A DNA stretch of 61,146 nt, counting the filler. It is 9 parts of 9 records of this genome, joined end to end, with 100 filler letters (N's around TTAATTAATTAA, not from the genome) between each part and the next. Parts side by side here need not be neighbours in the genome. Positions count along the whole stretch, not along the records: positions 18,056 to 24,401 come from SRR31156797_45338; positions 24,502 to 30,275 come from SRR31156797_45388; 7 more parts are not named here. One strand, 5' to 3'. Shown piece by piece: positions 18,056 through 28,774 of the stretch. A program made the position numbers and the translations under genes. Numbering within the stretch: position 1 is the first letter of the stretch; each line of letters starts with the position of its first letter. The notes beneath the pieces are model-generated. The model was not told the DNA's origin. It saw only the letters and a list, made by a program, of their open reading frames with translations, and searched no databases.

Positions 18056-19357
18056 CTCCTCCCATGCATCAAGGGAAATATTCTTGATGTAATTGCCCCG
18101 CCACAAATCCTTTCGGGCATGAAGTGCCGTGTGGGTTTGGGTGAGATACATACCGCTTCCCACACTCTTGATTAAATCTATGGCAAAATCGTCGTCATCC
18201 ACGGGTATGCCGCGCCAGACCCGTCTCGCCATGCTGGCCAGTTCATTGGCGTAAAGGGTGGCGAGGGGTGAATTTAACAGCCCCGTATCCACGGCGCCGA
18301 TGGCCAGAAAGGAATCAAAAGAACAGGTGGCCAGTTCACCGAAATCCCATGTGATTTTTGCCATGGCGTCCTGGTTGAATTCCGGCGTTATGGCTCCGAA
18401 TGCGGAGAGCTGACCCACGAGAGGACCCAGTTTCCGGCACACTTCAAGTTTTGCCATATCCGTCAGCGCGTTTTCGGGGATACCTCTTATGGCGGCGGTG
18501 GCGGGATCCATGAAGGACGGGGTGGATGTCTCCGTGCAGGGAAGACCTTTCTTCTGTAACTGGGCCAGTACAATCCCAGGGAAAGTGGTGGCAAGACACA
18601 TGACAAGCGTTCCCGCCATGGTGATGGGGCTCGAAAGGCCTCCGATCCCCATGGTGGCGATGAAAATGGGGATATTGTTTTCGGCGCACAATTGAATCTG
18701 TTCACTGATGGCGCTGGGATAGCGAAGCAGTTCCGGATTGATGTGAAGGCTGAAATAAGGTTTTTCTTTGAGCGCGTCAATCCCTCCGCGAATGGCGCTC
18801 CCTAATTCGATCAGTCCTCTCAAGGCATCGGCATTTTCACCCGCACCAAAATGAACCGGCTTTGTGGTATTATTCATCATGGTGGCGCCATCAGCCACGA
18901 AATCGCCCGTTGTGATGGGGATACCGCTGATATCGATGTCGGACAGCGCATCGCTCAATTTTGTGAGAACGGCGATCCCCTCCTGGTCGCCCGTTTTTTT
19001 CTCCCCCGTATGGGGGTCCATATAATTGGGCGCCCAGCAGGAAGAGATAAAACAGGTGTTTCCGGCACCGTATTCCACATATTCGGTCCCTTCCCGGTTC
19101 CACCACTTGTAGCTGTCGGGGCATTGTCCCAGGCACTCCTTCACGAGCTCGGGCGGAAACTTCACCATGCCCTCTTTAGAAATGTCGCAACCGGCCTTGG
19201 ATAAGGTATCGTATGCCTGTTCGTGACTGTCAAATTTTACGCCGGTGTCTCCGAGGTACCCAAGGGTAACGTCTATGATTTTGTCCACCGCCCGGGGAGA
19301 CATGATTTCCATCCTGTTGGGGAAAGCACGGCCCCCGTTATTATTTTCTGAACCCAT
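18056..19357 (-). CDS. Trimethylamine methyltransferase (MttB) superfamily protein, non-pyrrolysine, 3'-truncated
   Basis: VKFPPELV, SPITMAGTLV, VLAQL..KG.P and GIPVDDDDFAIDLIKSVG..G.YL...HT motifs; no in-frame TAG. Confidence 0.8.
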
Positions 19358-19408
19358 GATCAACCTCCTTCACCATAAAAGTTTGAAATGCATCATTGAA
19401 GCATCCGT

Positions 19409-20326
19409 TCATTCCAATGTCAGTTCCCTTTGAAAATGGCCGGACCAGCTTGATTGAACCATCTTCCTGATTTCATGGTCGGCCGGTCCCAGCACAATGA
19501 GAAAATTCTCCCGTGAGTTATGGTCCAGTTCGGACACGCGCACGTCATCGTGAACCGCCTGAATGTAAAATTGTTTATTATTGTCCCAACAGAATCCTTT
19601 GACCCTGTAGACCCGTTCCGTCCATTCCTTCAGCCAAATGACCAGCTGATCCATGGGAATCGGATCAAATTTCAAAACAAATTTGTCAATCCCGGGGGTC
19701 TGTTTTACAAGGAAACCTTTCATGGTCCCCCTGTGCCAGCGTAGTGCTTGTATCTGTGCGTCATCGGAAATACGCGCAAAGGAAGTCCTGATGATCGGAA
19801 CTTCGCCGTTGAGTTTCCGAATGGCCTTTTCAACCTTGCCGACCTCCTCGGGCGTTACCAGATCGGTTTTGTTGATGAGCAACAGATCCGCACCCTGTAC
19901 CTGTTCCATGAGCACCGGAACCAGATCGGAAAGTTGACTGAAATGTTTGGCATCGGCAACGCAAATGGAACCGCTGTAGTGGAAGGTATCCGGAGACAAC
20001 TTATGAAGCATGGCGGTCACTTCATGCATCCCGAAGGGATTTGCCAATCCCGAACTTTCCACCAGGAGACTATCAATCCCCATCTCCTTGGTTTTCAAAA
20101 TGGCGTCGATAAATTTGTCCGAACGGCATACGCAGAAAATGGATCCATCAATGATCTGTTCGATGACCATCCCGTCTTTTTCCAGAACAGCCCCGTCCAC
20201 GCCTTCCTGTCCGAATTCGTTTACGATTAGCCCCACTTTATCATTTTCAAAAACCTTTATGAGGTTCTTCATCAGGGTCGTTTTACCGGCCCCTAAAAAA
20301 CCGGTGACCAGATAAATGTCAATCAA
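19409..20326 (-). CDS. CobW/P47K (COG0523) metallochaperone GTPase
   Basis: VTGFLGAGKTT, VNEFG, GSIFCVC, VESSGLA, INKTDL and RVKG. Confidence 0.9.
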   Translation of the reverse strand: MIDIYLVTGFLGAGKTTLMKNLIKVFENDKVGLIVNEFGQEGVDGAVLEKDGMVIEQIIDGSIFCVCRSDKFIDAILKTKEMGIDSLLVESSGLANPFGMHEVTAMLHKLSPDTFHYSGSICVADAKHFSQLSDLVPVLMEQVQGADLLLINKTDLVTPEEVGKVEKAIRKLNGEVPIIRTSFARISDDAQIQALRWHRGTMKGFLVKQTPGIDKFVLKFDPIPMDQLVIWLKEWTERVYRVKGFCWDNNKQFYIQAVHDDVRVSELDHNSRENFLIVLGPADHEIRKMVQSSWSGHFQRELTLE

Positions 20327-20335
20327 GGTTTCCTC

Positions 20336-21685
20336 CTACAGAAGCGCCTCTACCTTTTTAAAGAGTTCATCCCGGCTGGGAATAATGGAGCTGTAAGCCA
20401 GCTCTCCATTGATGTACATGCTGGGGAGTTTTCCAACCCCCATCTTTTTACACCGCGCAATGGATTCCTTTTCAGTGTATTTGTACTCCACCACATCAAT
20501 GGTATCTCCAAAATGTTCTTTTGCATCGGTTGCCGCACCCATCATATAGGTGCAGGCGGCACAGGATATGGAATCGAGTGTAAATACTTCGATGAAAGGC
20601 TTTTCGAGGTTGTCGTAATCGGGAATCTCAACTTCGATGGGCTCTTCTTCCGCCGCAATGTATCCTTTCAGCATTTCTTTTACTTTTTCCGTATCCGCAA
20701 TGGCCTGCTGTATGGCGATACTGTTCTCTATGGGCAGGTCATAGGGCATATCGCAACCCGGTGCGATGATCAGCTTTTCATGACCCACCTTGTCCAAAAG
20801 TTCAACAACATATTTCATGTTATCCTGTTGGGTACCGTGGAGCATGACCGTGGTAAGCGGAATGTTGCCGCCGATGACCATGTCATATTTGTCCGTTATT
20901 TCCTTTGCTTTAACCATGTCCACATTTTCGTCAACGGAAATGGAATCCGGGTTTGTGTTACACATGTTTTCAATATTGGGGCCGGCGTTTCCGCATACAA
21001 AGAAGGAAGATAAAGCGCCTTTGCCGCGGATGTGATCAAAGACCTGCTTGTAAGGCTCCAATAATAATGCCCCGAAATGTTTTGGGGATACCTGTGAGAC
21101 CAGGGGGCAGACAATTGAGATTACATCCATGCCGGCTTCAATAAAATAATCGGACATGGCTTTGGCGACCCGGGCGGTATAATTGAGCAGGTTTTTGCAG
21201 TATTCAGGATCCATGGCCATGTCCATGAAAAAGGACTGGCCTCTCAAATGGCTTGCCAGGGTAAAGGGGCCGGTAAAGAGACCGTAAAGGGCCGTGTCAT
21301 CGCCCACTTTTTCCTTCACTTCCCCCATGGCGCCCAGAATCATGGGAAGCCTTCCATCACCCTTTGAAGGAATCTCGGACGGAATGTCCTTTGTTTGCGC
21401 CAGGGGATGGCTTTTGACGGAAGGGGGGTTGTTTTCCGCCCATAACAGTTCGCAGCCTAAGATTTCCGCTTCTATCTGTAAGTCAAAGACAACCGGCATT
21501 CCGTCCGGCTGATAGATCTTTTTGACCTCAAGAAGCGATTCCACCAATTTGTCTTTGTCCTGCAGGACTTCTCTGGCTGTATACCCTTTCAGTTTCCCCG
21601 CGTGTACGCCGGCAAAGGGTACCCACGGGACCCGGTCCACCTTTTCTTTCCTCAGAAGCCTGGTGATTCTTTCTTTTCCGGTCAT
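20336..21685 (-). CDS. Uroporphyrinogen decarboxylase-fold (MtaA/CmuA-like) methyltransferase with a C-terminal thioredoxin-like domain
   Basis: FDLQIEAEILGC, GPFTLA, CGNA, GGNIP and APGCD motifs; C-terminal SCAAC...LPSMYING. Confidence 0.85.
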   Translation of the reverse strand: MTGKERITRLLRKEKVDRVPWVPFAGVHAGKLKGYTAREVLQDKDKLVESLLEVKKIYQPDGMPVVFDLQIEAEILGCELLWAENNPPSVKSHPLAQTKDIPSEIPSKGDGRLPMILGAMGEVKEKVGDDTALYGLFTGPFTLASHLRGQSFFMDMAMDPEYCKNLLNYTARVAKAMSDYFIEAGMDVISIVCPLVSQVSPKHFGALLLEPYKQVFDHIRGKGALSSFFVCGNAGPNIENMCNTNPDSISVDENVDMVKAKEITDKYDMVIGGNIPLTTVMLHGTQQDNMKYVVELLDKVGHEKLIIAPGCDMPYDLPIENSIAIQQAIADTEKVKEMLKGYIAAEEEPIEVEIPDYDNLEKPFIEVFTLDSISCAACTYMMGAATDAKEHFGDTIDVVEYKYTEKESIARCKKMGVGKLPSMYINGELAYSSIIPSRDELFKKVEALL

Positions 21686-21731
21686 GGCATCTCCTTTCTG
21701 TGTGTTGTGTTTTATCCATCATCCTTTTCTT

Positions 21732-22292
21732 TTACGACAAAAGGTCTTTTACTTGGCGAAGGAGGATATGGTTTTTGACAGGTTTAACCAGGTAGCCATC
21801 GGCGCCCTCCGCAGTGATTCGATCTTGATTCTTCTTGCTGCCAAAACCGGTTATGACCAGTATCTTTATGTGAGAGGTGGCAGGGTTTTGCTTGATCTGT
21901 CTGCATACCTCAAAGACGTCTATCCCGGGCATATGGAGGTCCAGGATAATCAGGCCCGGCTGAAATGTCGGGACCTTTACACCCGCCTCAAAACCTTCCG
22001 CGGCTGTTTCCGTTTCGTAATGACGCGCTGCGAGAATCTCCACGATCATATTCCGAATCGCTGTGTCATCATCGACGATGAGAATCTTTTTTTCCGATGG
22101 CCTGTAGTTTGCCAGGGGATACATTCCCTTAAGACGGGCAAAGACTTCAAGGTCCTTTCTATTGATTCTATAATGACCTCCTGGAGTTAGCGATGCTTTT
22201 AGTTCTCCTGACTTGACATATTTCCATAAGGTAACCCTGCCGATGGCGCAGTACTTGGCCGCCTGAGGCACAGTAAATATTTCTTGACTCAT
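21732..22292 (-). CDS. Response regulator with an N-terminal excisionase-like (HTH_17) DNA-binding domain
   Basis: FTVPQAAKYC...TPGGHYRI, then receiver motifs ILIVDDD, LDLHMPG and LVKP. Confidence 0.9.
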   Translation of the reverse strand: MSQEIFTVPQAAKYCAIGRVTLWKYVKSGELKASLTPGGHYRINRKDLEVFARLKGMYPLANYRPSEKKILIVDDDTAIRNMIVEILAARHYETETAAEGFEAGVKVPTFQPGLIILDLHMPGIDVFEVCRQIKQNPATSHIKILVITGFGSKKNQDRITAEGADGYLVKPVKNHILLRQVKDLLS

Positions 22293-22330
22293 ATTCCCGG
22301 ATCTCCCCTGCAATACCTGGCTGAAACAGA

Positions 22331-22357
22331 ATGAATAATATGAACATAATGAACATA
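22331..22357. repeat. Three tandem 9-bp direct repeats (ATGAATAAT-ATGAACATA-ATGAACATA)
   Basis: Seen directly, about 40 bp upstream of the HTH_17 response regulator start. Confidence 0.6.
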
Positions 22358-22485
22358 TTCCGGGGAAAGCCGACAGTCAATCAAAAGTTGTGCGATTTCC
22401 CAAAACGGACATATAAATAGTAAATATACTGACTGAACAGTATAAACTTTATTATCCGAATTCAAGCTGATGGAGGTTTTTCAGT

Positions 22486-23154
22486 TTAACTTTTGCGGGT
22501 TTTCATGAACTGCTGCACGGTTCTGGAGATGCAGCCCACCGGTATGAGGAGCAGCCATCCCAACGTCCAGATGAGAGGGCCCAACCATGCAAGGGGAAAG
22601 GTGAGCAGGGAGACAATGGGTTCACTCATCAGTTTGATGTACATCCTGTCTTTTTCCAGTTCCGTGGGATCGTCACTTACCAGTCGATTCCTGATGGCAT
22701 AATGCCAGCTTCCCACGGCAAAGATGCCTGCCAGGGCAAGGAACAGGCTCTGTAGCTGCATCAGTGCTGTCTCGTTTCCAAATTGCAGGTCCAGACGGAC
22801 AAAATAGATGTAAAGCATCAAAGAAAAAACCTGCAATATGGAGAGTGTGGCATGCCACCCATCGGTCCGTTCCAGGTTTCCGAACTGCAGGTTGTTCATT
22901 CCCCAATAAAGGATAACGAGCACCAGCCCAATGATGATGACGCTGTAATTGAGATAGCTTTCGGAGAGCACTCGGAGTATTTCGTCACTGCCGAACCCAT
23001 CCACATTCGGATTGGGCATGAAGGCAAACAGCTTATAGATCATCAATGCAAACAGTACATCGATCATCACCTCCAGTCGAATCAACTGCCTGGCGCCTCT
23101 GGCTCTGGATGCTTCCGTGGCTTCTTCTTTTAATCTCAGGTATTTTTTGATCAT
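22486..23154 (-). CDS. TMEM175/DUF1211 family membrane protein (K+ channel-like)
   Basis: RLEVMIDVLFAL resembles the RxxxFSDGVFAI helix; about 6 TM segments. Confidence 0.65.
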   Translation of the reverse strand: MIKKYLRLKEEATEASRARGARQLIRLEVMIDVLFALMIYKLFAFMPNPNVDGFGSDEILRVLSESYLNYSVIIIGLVLVILYWGMNNLQFGNLERTDGWHATLSILQVFSLMLYIYFVRLDLQFGNETALMQLQSLFLALAGIFAVGSWHYAIRNRLVSDDPTELEKDRMYIKLMSEPIVSLLTFPLAWLGPLIWTLGWLLLIPVGCISRTVQQFMKTRKS

Positions 23155-23162
23155 AAGGCGTA

Positions 23163-23645
23163 TCAGGAGGCGAGGAGTACCAGGTCCAGTTCATTTTCCT
23201 TTTTTCTGAGACGTTTGATCAGAATATGAAGCATATTGCGGTAAATGGTTTTGGCCATTTGGCTATCGGCCAGAATCTGATCAAAGTAGCTCTTCGGTAT
23301 TTTGAGGGCTTCTCCGGGTTTTTTGGCAACAACTGAAGCGGTGGTACGGGTCTTTTCAAGTAGGGAGTACTCGCCGAAACAATCCCCCTCATTGAGCACA
23401 TTCAAATTGATTGAACTGGCCCTGCGTTCCCTCCTGCCGTCCATCCGTTGGGGCAGCAGAACGCTGAGTTGACCCTTGACCAGAATAAATAACCCGGATG
23501 GCTCCCGGTTTATGCCGATCAGGATATCGCCCTTTTCGAAACTTATTTTTTCACAGTGTTTCGAAATGGTTTTGAGTTCTTCTTTGGTCATGTCTTCAAA
23601 TACTTTCGTCTTCGACAGAATCTCAATGATTTTGCTTTTAAACAT
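23163..23645 (-). CDS. Stand-alone cyclic nucleotide-binding domain protein
   Basis: GDCFGEYSLL...RTTASVVA cNMP motif; no HTH. Confidence 0.85.
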   Translation of the reverse strand: MFKSKIIEILSKTKVFEDMTKEELKTISKHCEKISFEKGDILIGINREPSGLFILVKGQLSVLLPQRMDGRRERRASSINLNVLNEGDCFGEYSLLEKTRTTASVVAKKPGEALKIPKSYFDQILADSQMAKTIYRNMLHILIKRLRKKENELDLVLLAS

Positions 23646-23786
23646 AGTCTAACTCCGTTGATTGTTTTCTACCTTCCCAAGGTAACTCTAGCCGTTGCGG
23701 GGAACCCGGGTCAATTTGTTTTTTGGCTTTCAAATGGACTTGACAATGTTTTCACAACAAAACCATAATACAGATGGGAAACAGCT

Positions 23787-24401
23787 TTGTTTCCTGCACC
23801 CGCTGCAACCCTATGGGAGGTTTTTTTGTATTTCCCGACAGCCGGCATCGAAGTTTCCATATGGATTCCCCCGGTAGTGGCGTTTGTCATATCCTTTTTT
23901 ACCTCCATGGGGGGGGTATCCGGGGCTTTTCTGCTGCTCCCATTTCAAATGTCCTTTTTAGGATACACGAATCCATCCGTCAGCGCCACCAATCAACTCT
24001 TCAACATTGTGGCCATTCCCAGTGGTGTGTATCGGTACTGCAGGGAAGGGCGGATGGTTTGGCCTCTCACGTGGGTGGTGGTGGCGGGGACCTTGCCCGG
24101 GGTTTTCATCGGAGCATTTGTGCGGATCAGTTATCTGCCGGATCCGAAAGCCTTCAAACTCTTTGCGGCCGGGGTGCTGCTCTGGATCGGGTTGAAGATG
24201 GGGATGGAGTTGCTGAAGAAAAAGGGAGGGGCTGAAAAAGCCGCCGCCGAAAAGCAATTCCAGCATCTGGTGCATCATTATGAAAAGACCTCGACGGCGG
24301 AAAAGACGACGGATCAACCGTTTACGCCAGCGGTAAAGGTAACCCATTTCAACCTGTCGCGGCTGGGCTACACCTTTTATGGAGAACAGTTCGATGTTTC
24401 A
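23787..24401 (+). CDS. TauE/SafE family sulfite exporter-like membrane protein, 3'-truncated
   Basis: SMGGVSGAFLLLP, SATNQLFN and GTLPGVFIGA. Confidence 0.85.
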
Positions 24402-24501
24402 NNNNNNNNNNNNNNNNNNNNNNNNNNNNNNNNNNNNNNNNNNNNTTAATTAATTAANNNNNNNNNNNNNNNNNNNNNNNNNNNNNNNNNNNNNNNNNNN
24501 N

Positions 24502-25501
24502 GCCAAACGCGCGGACTTTCCATACACATGTAAACACATGCATCCGGGTCGCATTTTCTGATTGCATTCAGAACAAGTTTATACATTTCAACCCTGATAG
24601 GCCGCAGATACCTCATTTTGCCGTCCGGCGCCAGGATAAATTCCTCGTCCGTAATATGGCTTTGTGGGTGTCTTTTTCTGATTATGGGTTTAAGTCCGGG
24701 CAGGTAACGGAATGCGCCCAGGCTGATCCAGGCGATTTTATCCGGGGGGACAACTTTGTAAATATCTTCAACAGTTTGCCTGTATCCGTCCCGCCAGTCT
24801 TCGTGGATGATCAAGGGATCAAAATGAAAGCCGACCCGGTAACCATTCTCTACCGCCCGCCCGGCCGCTTCAATACGTTTTTTCAGGGGCACGGCCCTTG
24901 ACTCCTCATTACGGGCCACGGCCGGCGCATTTACGGAAAAGCTGATTATGGTCCGGCCTCCATGGTCAAGGTCCAGGAGCCCGTCGATATTTACGGTTTT
25001 GGTTTTTAGCTCCAGGACCCTGTCCCGGGATTTTGAAAACAGTTTGACCAGTCTCGCACCCAGGCCGGTCATTTCTTCAAGAAGAAGACTGTCCGTGAAT
25101 TCACCGGTGCAAAATCTTTTGCGCCGCGTCGCGGGGCGTGATAACAGATCTTCCAGTTCTTCAAATGCTTCGTCGACATTGCCGAACAGCACCAGTGAAG
25201 AAGTATCCAGGTAACTTTGCAATATACAGTATGAACAGTCGAGATAGCAGCCTAGTCCGAAATGGATTATTTCAAGGTCGCAGCAGATATAATCCTTTGT
25301 CCCCGGGCACCTTTTAATGAAGCTGCCGAAATGGCGGGCCAATAACAGGTCGTCCGGTTCAAAGTCCGGATAATCCACAGGGCTGATCCGGGGCCGGGTT
25401 TCCACACAAGAAATCGTTCTGGTCAAGGTTTGACCCAATTCGGTTTCCAGCAAGGATTCTTCCGCAACCAGCCGTCCGGGTCTTTTGGCGCCGGTCATCA
25501 C
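24502..25501 (-). CDS. Spore photoproduct lyase (SPL)-like radical SAM protein, 3'-truncated
   Basis: CPGT..YICC, GCYLDCSYCILQSY, TGEFTDSL, ELKTK, FHFDP and YMCMES. Confidence 0.85.
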
Positions 25502-26454
25502 CCCAACTCCAAAAGGGCGGCCATGTCAGGGTCTTCAGCCAGGCGGGCGATCATGCCGGCGCCGTCGGCCAGAGTCTTCATATTGGTGAAATCAAATTCC
25601 AGCCTGCAGTTTAATCCTTCAAAATTATCGGGTATGGCCAGTTTGACCGAAAAAGGTAAATTAAGTTTTTTCAGAAGAATTGCTTTTTCATCTTCCAGCC
25701 TGGTCAGTTCCGGATAACGTCTTCGCCGGATCAGGTCCCGGACCGCATTTTCCTTCATGGGGCGATTAAGGTTTTCAGCTTGCAGCGCTTCCGTAATAGC
25801 CGGAGAAGCTAATACATCCTTGATTGATATTTTTTCCCGCCTTCCGATTTCCTCTAGCCAGGTTATGAGCAGGCGTCGTTTATTCCTTCCGGGTTTTAGC
25901 TGATCGAAAAGCTCCATTACCGCATTTTTATCTTCCTCGGGCAGGCCGAGCAGTATTTCAGCGGTTTCCGGGTCGAGTTCTCCAGCAGCCAGGGCATTCA
26001 TTTCATTTTCATTAAGCCGGTTCATTTTTACATAGCGTTCAAGAAATGTTTGTCGAGCCGGCAGGCCAAGCCGTTTCATATAGCGATCGAGAATTTCGGC
26101 CGGCTCCATTTGCCTGGCCAGGCGCCCGATTATCAATGTTTTTTCCGCGTCGTTCAGCGGCCGCCCAAGGTTATCTTCCACGGCAATGACCAACGCTTCT
26201 TTTTCAAGGACTCCTTCCGGCAGAATAAAGGCCTTAAACTTGCTCATGCCTATCTTTCGCATGGCATTCCGTCGTCTGCTCCCGCAGAGTAAATATAAGG
26301 ATTCATCCCTGGGCCATAAAACCAGGGGAGAAATCTGGCCGGCGATTTCAAGAGATTCAACCAGGCCGGCGTCGTCAAAACCCCAGCTGAGTTGAAAGGC
26401 CGGGATTTCCTCAATGTCCGAATCATCTACAATACAATATTTTGAAATATTCAT
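25498..26454 (-). CDS. ParB/Srx N-terminal domain protein
   Basis: LVESLEIAGQISPLVL...LLCGSRRRNA...EDNLGRPLNDAEK; 4-bp overlap with the SPL-like gene. Confidence 0.75.
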   Translation of the reverse strand: MNISKYCIVDDSDIEEIPAFQLSWGFDDAGLVESLEIAGQISPLVLWPRDESLYLLCGSRRRNAMRKIGMSKFKAFILPEGVLEKEALVIAVEDNLGRPLNDAEKTLIIGRLARQMEPAEILDRYMKRLGLPARQTFLERYVKMNRLNENEMNALAAGELDPETAEILLGLPEEDKNAVMELFDQLKPGRNKRRLLITWLEEIGRREKISIKDVLASPAITEALQAENLNRPMKENAVRDLIRRRRYPELTRLEDEKAILLKKLNLPFSVKLAIPDNFEGLNCRLEFDFTNMKTLADGAGMIARLAEDPDMAALLELG

Positions 26455-26497
26455 ATGTTAAACCTTCATGTCGTCGGCCCGGGAATAGGGCGCCTGA

Positions 26498-27688
26498 TTA
26501 CAGCCGGGAAATTTCCGGTGATGCCGCAAAACACGGACCTCCAGCGAGAGCGCGTTCCAGGGGCTCATTTATATTGAATCCGGCTAAAAATGCAAATTTG
26601 CCCGGAGTGATCCTTCCGATCCTGTTTTCTAATCCAAGCAATTCAGCGGCATCGTGCGTTGACGCGGCCAGGACCTCATCGGGTGAATACCCGGCTTTCA
26701 TCCATAAATCAATTTCCCTGAACAGGCTCGATCCGATGTCATTTCCGGGAGAACCGGCGTCCGTACCCATAACGGTCCACACGCCCATTTTTCGGGCCAG
26801 GGCCAGTTGTTCGACCTGGTCGTCAATTGTTCGTTTTAGAATTTCGCGTCGAGCTTTATCCTGCTCACTAGCCAGTAAAGCCGATAGAGGTTCAATTGTC
26901 GGAATCCAGGCGGCCTGAGAATCCGCAAGCAACTTCAGGTTTTCCCGCCCCATAAAATAACCGTGCTCAATGGAAGCAACCCCGGCCTTTAAGCAAATGT
27001 TTACTGCTTCCGGTCCATTTGCATGGGTCATAACCGGCAGACCCGACTTTTGAGATAATTCCACAATACCGGCCATTTCATTTTCATTGAACTGAGGAGG
27101 ACCCACCCGGCCGAATTCGGACAGACTGACCGGCCCCGAGGCCAGAACCTTGATCTGGTCGGCGCCGTTAGCAGCCATTTCCCGAATCGCCTCTTCAATC
27201 TCTTTTCTTGTTTTAACCGCACGGCCTATAAAACTTCCGTACCTGCCGGGGGAGTACAATGCCGCGCCGGATGAAGAAATAAATATTTTTGAGGAAAATT
27301 CAGCTCGCCTGTGCAATACGGTGGAATTTTTATCACCGCCGTCCCTGACAGCCGCCAGGCCCCGGGACAAGGCCTGGTCTACTCTTTCTTCCAAGAGGAG
27401 GCCGGCGCCGGAATCCAGGTCGAGGTGCACGTGGGCGTCCACGAATCCCGGAGTCAACAGCAGTTCGGGATGATCAAGTCGTATACAGTCATGATGCAAA
27501 GGCGTCTCGCCGTCTCCAATATTCCGAATCCGGCCGTTAGTAATATACAACCAGGCAGACTGCATCAAGAGGCCGTCCCCGGACCATAATCCTCCGGCGG
27601 TCACAAAATATTTTTTATCCTTTCCAAATTTAAAAGGAGTATTTGTCGCCAGGGATGACAATATCCCGCGGCAATTTTCATTTTTCAT
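26498..27688 (-). CDS. Amidohydrolase family protein
   Basis: PGFVDAHVHL, VRDGG, GADQIK, HANG, SIEHG and GTDAG. Confidence 0.9.
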   Translation of the reverse strand: MKNENCRGILSSLATNTPFKFGKDKKYFVTAGGLWSGDGLLMQSAWLYITNGRIRNIGDGETPLHHDCIRLDHPELLLTPGFVDAHVHLDLDSGAGLLLEERVDQALSRGLAAVRDGGDKNSTVLHRRAEFSSKIFISSSGAALYSPGRYGSFIGRAVKTRKEIEEAIREMAANGADQIKVLASGPVSLSEFGRVGPPQFNENEMAGIVELSQKSGLPVMTHANGPEAVNICLKAGVASIEHGYFMGRENLKLLADSQAAWIPTIEPLSALLASEQDKARREILKRTIDDQVEQLALARKMGVWTVMGTDAGSPGNDIGSSLFREIDLWMKAGYSPDEVLAASTHDAAELLGLENRIGRITPGKFAFLAGFNINEPLERALAGGPCFAASPEISRL

Positions 27689-28539
27689 ATTGGATTTTCC
27701 GTCAGGCGGTCGAGAAAAGCCTTAAAGCGCAGGTAGTATTCATCTCCGCCCACAATAAAAGTATCGTTATGGCCGGCCCGGGGAATAGAATAATATTCCT
27801 TTGGTCCTCTGTAAGCATCGTAAAGGGCGCGGCCTTGCGATTCGGGAATGAGTTCGTCCTGCCGCCCATGAATAAACAGGGCGGGATAAGGCAGACCGTC
27901 AATCTTGGATGCGGATTCAAACATGGGCGCAACAAGGCCGCGTGGGACGATGGGGAACAATACCCGGGCCATATCCCGCATGGAGGTGAAAGTGCTTTCC
28001 AGGATCAGGCCTTGGATGGGAAAAGCGTTCTCATGACACCAGGCGGCCAGGTCGACAGCGGCTGCGCCTCCGAGAGACCGGCCGAAAATCACTATCTTTT
28101 CGGAATCGACATCCGGCCTGTTGCTTAAGTAATCCAGTGCGCACCTTGAATCAATATAAACTCCATTTTCCGTCGGCCGGCCGGTGCTATGGCCGAACCC
28201 CCGATAATCTATAATGAAAACAGCAAGATTTAATCGGGCCAGGCCGGCCAGGTTATCAAGGCGATGAGATATATTACCGGCGTTTCCATGGAGGAATAGC
28301 ATCCAGGAGCGGGGTTTAGATCCTTTAGGGTACGGTTGAATAAACCATCCATGGATGCTTTGACCGTCGGATGTCCGTAGATTTACATCCTCATATTCAA
28401 GGCCCAGGTAGTCGGGCAGAATATCAATGGTTTTTTCAGGGTAGAAGATGAGCTTGTTTTGCAGAAAAGGAAACAATGCCAAGGCGGACGCTCCGATCAA
28501 AATTCCCCATATGAGCTTACGGGTCCAATAATATCTCAT
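27685..28539 (-). CDS. Alpha/beta hydrolase (ABHD13/BEM46-like)
   Basis: HGNAGNI, DYRGFG, GRSLGG, HGRQDELIP and AGHND; start position uncertain. Confidence 0.9.
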   Translation of the reverse strand: MRYYWTRKLIWGILIGASALALFPFLQNKLIFYPEKTIDILPDYLGLEYEDVNLRTSDGQSIHGWFIQPYPKGSKPRSWMLFLHGNAGNISHRLDNLAGLARLNLAVFIIDYRGFGHSTGRPTENGVYIDSRCALDYLSNRPDVDSEKIVIFGRSLGGAAAVDLAAWCHENAFPIQGLILESTFTSMRDMARVLFPIVPRGLVAPMFESASKIDGLPYPALFIHGRQDELIPESQGRALYDAYRGPKEYYSIPRAGHNDTFIVGGDEYYLRFKAFLDRLTENPI

Positions 28540-28774
28540 CTCATTTTGGGTCTTCTTCCGGCGTGGAGGCCGAATCAGGAAAAATTCGGCCAAACCAAAA
28601 AAATTATTGTCAAATCATAAAAAAACCAATAAAAAGCTGTCTCGATTCAATTGTGCAGCCCAATATTTTTGTCAGTATGGAAAGGCAATCAAGGCAATCC
28701 CGGGATTATTTCGATAAGGAACAAACTGCTCCATCCTTGCATTAGGCCGACGCGGATATATTTCCGTTCCTATT

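Noticed and set aside
18056-19357. Pyrrolysine recoding in the MttB homologue
   Set aside because: There is no in-frame TAG; the equivalent position appears to be Ile.
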